From positions 20,832,001-20,896,000 of the forward strand of contig JBHGNT010000012.1 in NCBI GenBank assembly GCA_043228905.1: a stretch of DNA of 64,000 bases, read 5' to 3'. A program made the translations under genes and the position numbers. Positions 14,170 through 24,600 of this stretch are shown in pieces. The notes under the pieces were generated by a model, which was not told the DNA's origin, did no database searches, and saw nothing but the letters and a program-made list of their open reading frames with translations. This stretch comes from Azolla caroliniana (taxonomy: Eukaryota; Plantae; Polypodiophyta). Positions within the stretch are counted from its first letter, which is position 1. The number at the start of each line of letters is the position of its first letter.

Positions 14170-15443
14170 CGGTGGTTCAAGGACCCACGGTGGACGTGGC
14201 GGATCGGGTGGAGGCAACGACTCGCGGAACATCGTCGAGTGTGGCGGATCGGATGGCTCCGACGGTTCGAGACCATTCGGCGAAGATGGTGGACCAGAAG
14301 GCAGCGGTGGTCCGTGTGGACGGGGTGGTCTTGCTCGAAGTGGAAGACAAAACCAGGCGGGCCCACGAGGACGCTAAGGACTCGGTCGGTCGTCGTGGCC
14401 GAAAATCTCGTGTTCTCTCCCCTATGTTTTGGCACATACTGGAGGATGTGCGGTTAGGTGGGGGCGGATGTCGTGAAGATTTTCGTCCACAAGCGGAAAC
14501 CCGAGCAACGAGAGCCAAAGAGCGATGTGCAACGTTGCACACGTACATAATGTATTTGTAATAATAATAAGGGTAAAGGGTATGGTGCTAGAAATGCCCC
14601 ATAAGATCCCTAAGGTATAAAGGTGGTGTGGTCTTGTGCGCAGATCCACGCGAGAGAGAGAGAGAGAGAGGTACTATGCAGTACATAGGTACCTAGTTGT
14701 TTGTGAGGAGGTGGGAGTTAAGTGGGCCATCAATCTCACCCTCCCCAAATCAAGGCAAATATCCCCTTTGAATGAAAGGGGATATTTTAGTCTCGCTTTT
14801 GTAAACGGTCTTCCCTCCTTGTGCTATAAAAGGAGAGGGAAGGCACCATTGTGAGGGTTTCCTATTTTGAGTGTGCGAGGTATACCACATAGGTCGAGCG
14901 TTAGGGTTAGGGTTAGGGTTTCTTTATCTTTATCTTTACCTTCGTCGGTTAGGGGTCGAGTAGTCATTTGGTGCAGCCTATGCGGCCACCATTTTGTAAT
15001 CGTTTATTTCGTTTTAATACATCTTGTTCGTCGTCTTGTCTCCATCTTCCTCTTGTTCAATCTAATCTCTTGTTCATTATTCTCCTTCTTGAGCAAAGCT
15101 TCCATTCCATGTCCGATTCCTTCTCCTCTACTCCTTAATCCAAGACCCGCGTTAGGGTTAGGGTTAGGGTTTCTTTATCTTTATCTTTACCTTCGTCGGT
15201 TAGGGGTCGAGTAGTCATTTGGTGCAGCCTATGCGGCCACCATTTTGTAATCGTTTATTTCGTTTTAATACATCTTGTTGATCGTCTTGTCTCCATCTTC
15301 CTCTTGTTCAATCTAATCTCTTGTTCATTATTCTCCTTCTTGAGCAAAGCTTCCATTCCATGTCCGATTCCTTCTCCTCTACTCCTTAATCCAAGACCCT
15401 CGTGGTCCCGCCCTTCTCCACGCACACGCGTAGCAACGCGACA
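14170..15443 (+). mobile_element. 3' end (3' internal region, PPT and 3' LTR 14469-15443) of a gypsy element left inside element B
   Basis: PPT GGTGGGGGCGGA followed by TGTCGTGAAGATTTTCG, similar to the PPT-LTR junction at 50631-50660; ends CGCGACA followed by ACGT; no matching 5' LTR. Confidence 0.8.
14898..15399 (+). repeat. 251-bp tandem duplication in the LTR, each copy starting with (TTAGGG)3
   Basis: 14898-15148 and 15149-15399 are near-identical. Confidence 0.9.
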
Positions 15444-16897
15444 ACGTTCCGACGGATCGGCAGACTGCCTACATCTTCACTAAGCCCCTTGGTTTGGACA
15501 AGTTGCGGCAATTCTACGGTGCGCTCGGATTGCATCACCTTGACGTGCCAAACTTGAGGGGGAGAACAGTCCCGAACGACCAAGCAAAGCAGCAGGAAAG
15601 GAGCGGAGGCCGCGACACCGAGTCGGTTGACTCGGTTGTTGACTCGGTTGTTGAGTTCGACTTCGGATCGGCTGAAGAAGCCGAGGGCGGACCCGCGGAA
15701 AAGTCCGAAAGAGGACAGAAGGGGAGCAGCCGAAGGAGAGAGCCGAAGCCAACCATGCATGGGGAAAATGACGCCACCAAGGTCGAGAAGACCGAAGACG
15801 AGTTGGAGACAGCCAACTCGGACGAGAGCGAAAACCGATCGGAGGTAGCCGAGTCGGTTCGGATGTTTGATTCAGATACGCTGAATCAACCGAGGCCCAA
15901 GCGGAAGATAAGGTAGCAGGAGAAGTGTCAACACCGCAACAACAAAAGACCTGATAAGGGCCGCATGAGCAGACAAGCCGACCGGAAGGGTCAAAGCGCG
16001 CGGAGTCGAACAGGTCGAGGAGCGCGAGCGAGGCGTGAAGCCAGGAGGAACCGGAGCTGTGAGCCCGAGGATCCCGAAGAGCCTCGAGTTGAGCTTGAGG
16101 GGGAGTGTTGAGAGACAAGCTCAACATCGGCCGGATCGGCTGAAGAAGCCGAGGACCGGATCGGTTGGGACCGATCGGTTAGGCCGAGTGCGTAAACCGG
16201 GAGGCCGTTAGGAAAGATATTCCGTGAGGAATATATTTGGGAGTTAGTGTAGGAGCTCTTAAAGAGCATTGAAGTACGGTCAGTACTTCGGTCAGTCCTT
16301 CGAGGACTTGTATAAAAGTGTTCATGGAACACACATATGTATAGAGTAGTGAATCGAGATCTTTTGTTGAATATAGTTCTTGTGTTTTCTCTCTCACTCT
16401 CTCTGTCTCTCCCGCGTATACTGCGTAAGCTCGCTCTCCATTAAACCTGAGTTTTCTTCCTTCTGTTCGGTCTTCATACTTGCTTCCGCACGTTACTTTT
16501 TACAAATGCAAATAGAGGAAGCTAGAGGAGGTGAATTTGGCATGATAGAAGACCCTAGGTTGCTTCAAATTGTTTCATTTGCCATGTCCATCCATGAGAA
16601 AAAGGTTTTTACTTCGTAGCTCCCATAAATAAAATTTGCCCCAAATCTTTGGTATGACTTGCAAAAACATGTGATGCCATCATATGTTGGTATCCAATAT
16701 GATGTAACAGATTGAGCTCGACATATTGGAAGTTCCTTGCTCACTTCAAAAACTAAAAGGTTCTAATCTCGCGTTTCACAATAGCTCATGGGTCTCTTTG
16801 GCCAATACAATGATGTATATGCTAGTGATATGATGACATGCATGGTTTTGATCCTCAATTCCACAAGCACAAACTATAGCTAAAGACAAATGCTACT

Positions 16898-17048
16898 TAG
16901 GTAAACACTACATGAATCACAATTATTCATTGTAGGTAAACACTACACAAATCACAATTATTCATTGCAGATAAACACTACACAAATCACAATTATTCAT
17001 TGTAAGTAACACTACATGAATCACAACTATTCATTGTAGGCAAACACT
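16898..17048. repeat. Minisatellite, ~35-bp unit x4
   Basis: Repeating GGTAAACACTACATGAATCACAATTATTCATTGTA. Confidence 0.85.
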
Positions 17049-17149
17049 TCAGGTGCATCAATAAACTTGAAGAAATAGTAAACAAGGTGACAAAAGAAGA
17101 AGGATTGGATAAGTTGTTTCAAAACTCATGCATGAACTTGTTTTCATAC

Positions 17150-18400
17150 TCCTATATTTTTTATGATGTTGCTTTATTCTCATATAATTTGAATGATATG
17201 CAACATTACTTGATGTATTGGACACATTTTGCCAAATCGGTAGGTTAACTGTTAATGTGGACAAAACAAAAATGATGGCAATAAAGGCAATACAACCAAG
17301 ACACTACCCCATTTTAATATACAAGGGAGAACTAATATAAGTGGTGCCACACTGCAAAGCTTCAAATATCTCGTTATTAATGTCTCATCAACAAATAGGT
17401 GGAATGTATGTTATGAATCTCAACTTCAAGGGGATTGGAATTGCTATACAATGTTTGAGTATGAATGCAACCAAAGTAATACTCGAGGATGGGAAGTGAG
17501 ATTGATGTTATTCAATGCTATGGTCGTCCAAGTGTTTCTTTATGGAGTGGAAGTGGGGGGTTGCACTATCTCACTTCTATCATGCTATTTAGAAACAAGT
17601 GCTAGACCTATAGAAGTACTAGCCATGCAAGAAGCGTAAAAGTATAGCACAAAAGTCAAGAATATGCTTGATCATAGATTGCCCAAACAAACTTAGAACA
17701 TATGATGCATAGTACCAAAAAATCAAAAAGAGCATAATCCGCTCATCTGGTTGGGCACTTGACATTATGAAATGGTTTAAGAGATGGGGAGTAAACAATT
17801 TATGGGAGATCTTAGGTGATGTTATAAAATATGTGACCATCGAGGACAAATTATTACAGGCACTAAGGATGAAGTGGCAATATGCTAAAATGTCCAAATT
17901 GGAATATTATATTGCAAATATTAACCCCCAATATAACGAAAAAATATCAAAATGTATAAGATAATCACATTTCCCTACCCCCACGAGCCTTGGCTCTAAG
18001 AGAGCCTTAACACTTCTCTGAACTGCACACATAAGTTAGGTGTTGAGGTAGCATCGTGGCATCATCGTGCAAACATGAAGATATGTAATGAAAACCTTGC
18101 GGGGGATGAATATCACTTACTTATCACATGCTCAATATATAAGGGAATAGTCAATAAACATGATGACTTGTTAACAAGCATGATAATGTGAGATTCATAT
18201 TCAAATTCCCACCAAGAAGGGCGATCACATATGTGCATGCATTACTTTCGGAACGAGAGTTTTCACTATAGAGTAGCAAGCCTTCTTCTTAGGAAAGAAT
18301 CACATACAAGATGATATTATGTTGATTTAGTTCAATTGGTCAAATTTGGCCTTATCATGAATGATGAAATTTCTATTCTATTCTATTCATTGCGGGGGGA
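17150..18400 (+). mobile_element. Degenerate LINE ORF2 3' fragment (RTE-like)
   Basis: Frame-broken motifs LTVNVDKTKMM, FKYL, LFNAMVVQVFLYGVE and a C-terminal GDEYHLLITC knuckle; local duplication around 18270-18550. Confidence 0.7.
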
Positions 18401-18559
18401 TGAATATCACTTACTTATCACATGCTCAATAGAGTAGCAAGCCTTCTTCTTAGGAAAGAATCACATACAAGATGATATTATGTTGATTTAGTTCAATTGG
18501 TCAAATTTGGCCTTATCATGAATGATGAAATTTCTATTCTATTCTATTCATTTGGTCAA

Positions 18560-18764
18560 GAATACCACCTAGCTACTCAAGTTTGGTACTTTTTAAGTGG
18601 AACGGGAAACTTGAGCTATGCATGGATTACCAGAAAACTTAATGTGCTCATCGTCATAAACCCTTTTCCTCGACCATTCAAATATTCCATTTTGGACCAT
18701 CTTTGAATTGCATGAAATAACTATGGCTTCTTGGATGGGTTCAATGACTACAACTTGTCCACAT
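18560..18764 (+). pseudogene. Old Ty3/gypsy RT relic, left part (continues at 51804)
   Basis: Degenerate DY-RKLN...PFP.PF...ILD and FLDGFNDYN motifs. Confidence 0.55.
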
Positions 18765-19719
18765 CATTGTTGTTAAAAAACACGTATTTTACAGATAAGA
18801 GTGCATTTTAGAATACCCACACGTATTCTAAACATATTCAACCTTTTGGAATTGTCCTTTTTTCTAAGCCTAAATTTGTAAACAATTTAAAATTTAATTT
18901 TCTAGGGTTAAAATAATTATGTAAACATTGAAACATAGATAACCATTTATCCATGGGCAATAAAGATAATTGGTATTTACTATATAGTATTCAAATTCCA
19001 AGTATCTTTGCATTCAACATCAATGGTGTTCAAGTATTCGATGTATTCAACGTATTCAACAACGTATTCAAAACATACTCAACGTATTTTACCTTTAAAT
19101 ACGTATTTTAAGAACTTATAAAAGAAAAAATTAGAATACTTATAAAATATGTAACATACGTATTGTACGCGTACCGCGTCATAAAGATTTTCGCCCACGG
19201 TGTGAAAATTGCATGGAATGTACAAAATCGAGTGTGGTTCTTCACACACAATATGGAACAATAATAATGAAGATATTATTTTATATCTTGGTACGAAAAG
19301 ATGGATGTCTTCAAGAGCTTCCGAATGCATTTTAGTACATGTGAAATGGACAAATTAGTGTCAAGTTATGTGAATGAGAAGTTTGAGAAGAAGAAGAGAA
19401 AAACAAAATTGTGAGATATCCCACATAGATAGGACAACATCAAGATGTAAGAGTATATAAGTAGAGCCATATCTCTTTATATTTTATCTAAGTGCTAGGA
19501 GCATAGAAGGATTGGGTTGTCTAACTTGGATGAAAGGATGCAGCTAAGTTATTCAAAATAGTGTTTTGGACGGCGACGGAACCAGAACCAGAACGAATAG
19601 ACCAAATCACCGGGTCGAAAGTGGACTCGATAGATCGATCGATCGAATAGGTTGATCGCGACGATTTCAGTGTGAAACGAACAAAAACGCGTTCGCATTT
19701 AGAAGTGGAAGGATCGCGC

Positions 19720-21116
19720 TGTCGTGAAAATACGACGAGGATACGTGAACTTTGAGGCAGGACCCCGGGGCCTCCGACCAGAGGATAATCACATGTGTGT
19801 GTTTATATTTTTAACAATTAACATAAAGAAGATATTAAATAATTTTCATTAACAAAGGAAAAAGAAATTACAATATGTCCCAAGATTGGGATTTAGAAGT
19901 TTTAGGTTTACTAAGATTAATAGAAAAGAAAAATTAGGGGTTTTGGTAGATATGGCTTCCGTAGGGAAGATTAGGATTAGGTTATATGAGTATTATGGCT
20001 TCCGTAGGGAAGATTAGGGTTTTTGAGTGTTATGGCTTCCGTAGGGAATTTTAGGGTTTATGAGAGTTATGGCTCCCTAAGATAAGGGAGTTGAGAAGAA
20101 AATTAAGATCATATGGAGAGTATCCTCGTATAGGAAAAAAAAATGGAATTATATATGGAGTTCCTCGTTGATCATATGCCTCCACTTTTAGTTGCATAGC
20201 TTCTTCTTTTTTGTTTGCATGTGACTGTCCACATGACCTTTACTTTTTCCATGCACTCCCTTCTTTAGTTGTTTGCGTCCACATGGCCTTTACTTTAGTT
20301 CTCTTCACTTCACTTTAGTTTGTTGCATGATCCAATCTTTCGTCCGTCCGCGTCCAACCTCGTCCGGTAGCCGGTTCCATTTTGCTTACCGGCCGGTTCT
20401 GGTTTGCTTGCCGGTTCCGGTTTCAATTTCCTTGTCGGTTCCAGTTTCGATTTGCTTGTTGGTTTCGGTTCCGATTTTGCTTGCCGGTCGGTTCCGGTTT
20501 GCTTGCCGATTCCGGTTTTGCTTGCCGGTTCCGGTTCCGGTTTTGCTTGCCAGCCGGTTCCGGTTTTGCTTACCGACCGGTTTCCGGTTTTGCTTGCCAG
20601 CCGGTTCCGGTTTTGCTTACCGACCGGTTTCCGGTTTTGCTTGCCCGCCGGTTTCCGGTTTGCATACCAATTCCGGTTCCAGTTTGCTTGCCGGCCGGTT
20701 CCGGTTTTGCATACCAGCCGGTTTCCGAATTGCATACCAGCCGGTTTCCGGATTTACTTACCGGCCCCGTTTTTCGGATTTGCTTACTGGCCAGTTTCCG
20801 GTTTTAGGGAATTTGGCCACCATCATCCATCAAGACAAACTGGCCAAAATGCTCTTAGCACAAATGAAAAATGAGGGAGCTCAAGGTGTTTATATAGCCA
20901 AGGCCTTAACTTTCCTATCTATGTGGGATAGTTCTAAGTTCCCTATCTTCTCAAAATTTATTTTCTCATAACTTGATATGTATTTCTCCATTTTGTATAT
21001 AGTAAAAACGTTTTGAAGCTCTTGAGTATATCCATCTTTCTATAATACTCTACTAATCTAATCTATAATAATTATTTCATTATTTTTTTACATAGTGTGT
21101 GAAGATTCACACGACA
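19720..21116. mobile_element. Solo LTR (1397 bp) inserted at the inner edge of the left TIR
   Basis: TGTCGTG...CACGACA termini; exact 4-bp TSD GCGC (19716-19719 / 21117-21120). Confidence 0.9.
20362..20805. repeat. CCGG-rich tandem array (GCCGGTTCCGGTTTTGCTT-like units) inside the solo LTR
   Basis: Dozens of CCGG motifs; explains the low-complexity ORFs in several frames. Confidence 0.9.
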
Positions 21117-21607
21117 GCGCAAAAATAGAAGGATAATGAATATTCCCTCAAATTTTGGGGTTTAGATACTCTATTCACAAAACTTAATGATACCAGTATC
21201 ACATGTTCTCAAAATATCGTTGGAAAACCTCAAAAAATCATCATTTCCTAAACTTGGAAAAACGTTAAAACTATGCTATAATCGGAATGGTACAATGTTC
21301 ATTATCACTGAGAAGTCAAGAAGTAATGTATTTTGTAACAAACAATGTCTGTACAAAGCAATAATATTTCTAAACATAATTTACGCATATTTTGAGTATT
21401 ACAAACGACACTCTCTTACATGAGATACCAAAATATCATTGAGGAGTGTAAAATTTACAAAAATCACTCGTATCATGATCAAGAGTCGCTACTATAACTA
21501 ATATACAATGCAGATTGTTCCTTGTCATCTTCGGATGTACCTATTAAGGCATTGTCTTCATCTAAAACTAGATGTTGACATTCCATGTTATGTATAGACG
21601 ATCTTGT

Positions 21608-24600
21608 TGTCGAATACATGTGTATAATGGACGTATTCACACTATCCCGTTTCGGCCATTTATGTAATTAGCATAAAGGGTAGTTGCCCTAAGTTGGTCA
21701 CTATATATAGTGACCTTGTAACCTCTTTGTGAGGTTGGTTGTTGTATTAGTTGCTTTATGAAATAAAGACTCTTTTGTGCCTCTCTCTCTCTGTGCAACG
21801 ACCTACAATCTCTCATACGCAGGTATTCAGAACAGAAGAATCGATTGCTGGCTTGATCTTCCGCACAGACGGCCCCTTCGCTTCTAACATCTGGTATCAG
21901 AGCCAGAGCCAGGTTCGGCCGTCATCACGGCCTGCACAGCATTCGGTTCTTCACTTCATCACGGCCTGCACAGTATTCGCGTCATTCGAAGAAAGAGAAA
22001 AGAAGAACAAAAACGAGGTTTGCACCTCATCGCGTTAGATCCTCTTGCTTGGAGTAAGCCATCAGGTTGTACTCCGTTCCTTGTGATCGTAACCACTCGA
22101 GGTGAAATCCCCTTGTGCAACATTGACACGATCGTGCTCCACTCGGTTAAACGGCATCCGAAGAGGTAATCAAACGCTGCTCGTTGTAACCACTCGGTGC
22201 AGATCGGTCTCAAGATAACAACCCCAAATTCGTGCTTCATCTGGCTGATCGACATTCGAGAGGATCAGTTGGATCTGTCTCTCTCGTCGCTGCAGCCACC
22301 CGAAGCAGAATCGGTCCAGATAATCGGTTTCAATAATCGGTATTCGGCATATATATCCGAAGCGAACCGGGCTCACTCCGACTCGGCAACATTCGGGAAG
22401 ACCAGTCGGTTCTGTCCCTCAAGTTACCGGAGTCAATTCGAGCAAGTTCCGAAGCCGAACCGACTCGGGTTCGAATCCGACTAGAACGATATCGGGTGAG
22501 CCAACTGGCTGCACTCCAACAAGGTTCGTAGTCAACTCCGAACCGAGCTTCGTCAACCGAAACCGAATTTGATGGCATCAACATCCGGCTCGTCAGAAAT
22601 GAGTCTACGAAAGTTCGATGGATCGAACTTCAACTTCTGGAAAGAGCAAATGCAGGACTATCTCATAGTCAAGGGACAAATCGATCCCATCGAAAATGAA
22701 GAACCTCCAGAAGGATACAAACCAATTGAGTGGCAGAAGCTGGACAGAATCGTCCGCGCCACGATTCGGATGCACCTATCGGAATCGGTATACTTTACGG
22801 TGCAATCGTGTACGACAGCATTCGAACTGTGGAAAACACTGTCGGACACTTACGAAAAGAAGGTCGCCGCAACGAAGATGTTTCTGATCCGGCGCCTCTA
22901 CAACTTGCGGATGAAAGAATCCGATTCGGTTCAAGCACACCTCAATGAGTACGAAAGCATCAGCTCCCAAATCTCGTCACAGGGGACGGCAATCGAGGAT
23001 GAACTCAGAGCAATGATACTCATGAGCAGCCTTCCCTCATCATGGGAAACCTTCGTCACAACCGTGTGCAACGCGTCAACCACGGCTGTTAAATACTCCG
23101 AAGTCACGAGCGCAATCCTGACCGAAGCAGCTCGGAGAAAGTCTTTCGCCAAAGACTCAACAAACGACGCTTATGTAGTACAAGGTTCGAAAGACCGATC
23201 GAACATACGAGGAAGAGATTCCTCACGGCCGCCGAACAATCAGCGAAGACGGAGCCAGTCACGGGATAACCGAATCTGCAACTATTGCAAGAAACCCGGA
23301 CACATCAAAGCCGACTGCCGCGCACTCAAGAACAAGAACAACAAGAAGAGTGGCCGGCATGAGGAGATCAATTACGTCAGCTTCTCAGCTGATGTACTAC
23401 CGGACGACCCGAATATACTATCAATCGAAAATCCAGTCGGATCAGAAGTTCTACTCACGACTGAAGAATCGAGCACATGGCTCTTAGATTCGGGCGCGTC
23501 ATTTCACGTGACTCCTCATCGATCCCAATTTCGGCAATATACGATCCGTCACTCCGACTCAGTTCGGGTCGGCAACTCACAACACTGTGACATCATCGGA
23601 ATCGGCACAGTAGAGCTCAACCTTGCAGGTGGCTCTACACTTGTACTCCACAATGTCCGACATGTACCCGAGCTCTCAAGGCCATTGATCTCAGTCGGAC
23701 AACTAGATGAAGACGGCATTCGTGCCGGTTTTTCTTCGGGAGGGTGGACACTCCACAGGGGGAACCTCCTGCTTGCTAGAGGACCTAAGATACACTCCCT
23801 GTATCCGTTACATGTTACGCTCAGAGAGGGTAACCTGTTCTTGGTGGATATTCCTGTGTCATCACTATGGCACCGAAGACTAGGACACCTCAGCAAGGCC
23901 GGCATCACGCACCTATCTAGAGCCGGATACATCCCCAAACTCTCCTTCTCGGACCATCAATTCTGCGAGCATTGCCAGTATGGCAAACAAGCAGCCGCAT
24001 CACACCCGACATCAGCACCAAGAGAAACGAGACCCCTCGATTTGGTCCACTCGGACGTCTGTGGCCCAATGCCGCATCAGTCTCTTGGCGGTGCCTCTTA
24101 CTTCGTCACTTTTATTGACGATTCGACTCGAAAGGTGTGGGCGTATCCAATTCGCACCAAAGATCGTGTTTTCTCGATCTTCTCAGATTGGCTCGCTATA
24201 GTAGAAAATCAAACCGACCGAAAACTGAAATGCTTTCGGACCGACAATGGGGGAGAGTTCAAATCCGATGCATTCGTCAAATTCTGCCGACAACGCGGCA
24301 TCCGACGTGAATTTACGGCACCACACAGTCCAGAGCAAAACGGGATTGCAGAACGTATGAATCGGACAATCCAAGAAAGGATAGTTTCCATGCTCCAACA
24401 CTCCAGACTGTCGGATGGCTTCTGGACAGAGGCTCTACTCACGGCAGTACACATAATCAATATGTCGCCAAGTAGACCTCTAGGACTTCAAATTCCTCAG
24501 GAACTATGGATCGGCAGTAAGCCGAATTACGACATGCTGAGGATCTTCGGATGCGAGGCATACGCTCTTATTCCGAAAGATGATCGCCGAAAACTTGCAC

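Larger units (their letters stand above)
10618..15916 (+). pseudogene. Copia gag-pol of element B; in-frame stops, with the RT C-terminus and most of RNase H missing
   Basis: ORFs 10819-11436 (gag, zinc knuckle), 11560-12108 (PR YVDSGAS), 12502-~14170 (IN, RT YVDDL). RNase H end and an acidic tail resume at 15444. Confidence 0.92.
10122..16504 (+). mobile_element. Ty1/copia LTR retrotransposon (element B, related to A), internally deleted
   Basis: LTRs 10122-10533 and 16106-16504; TSD AATGC/AATGC; PBS TGGTATCAGAGC at 10534-10545; PPT GAGGGGGAG before 16106. Confidence 0.96.

Noticed and set aside
14172-14457. Novel Trp/Arg-rich C-terminal domain on the 651-aa copia ORF
   Set aside because: It is read-through across the deletion junction into non-coding gypsy sequence.
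14898-15170. Interstitial telomere or chromosome fusion scar
   Set aside because: Only three units per tract, embedded in an LTR and doubled by a local duplication.
20273-20971. Long ORFs in four frames (up to 232 aa)
   Set aside because: They arise from the stop-free CCGG tandem repeat inside a solo LTR.
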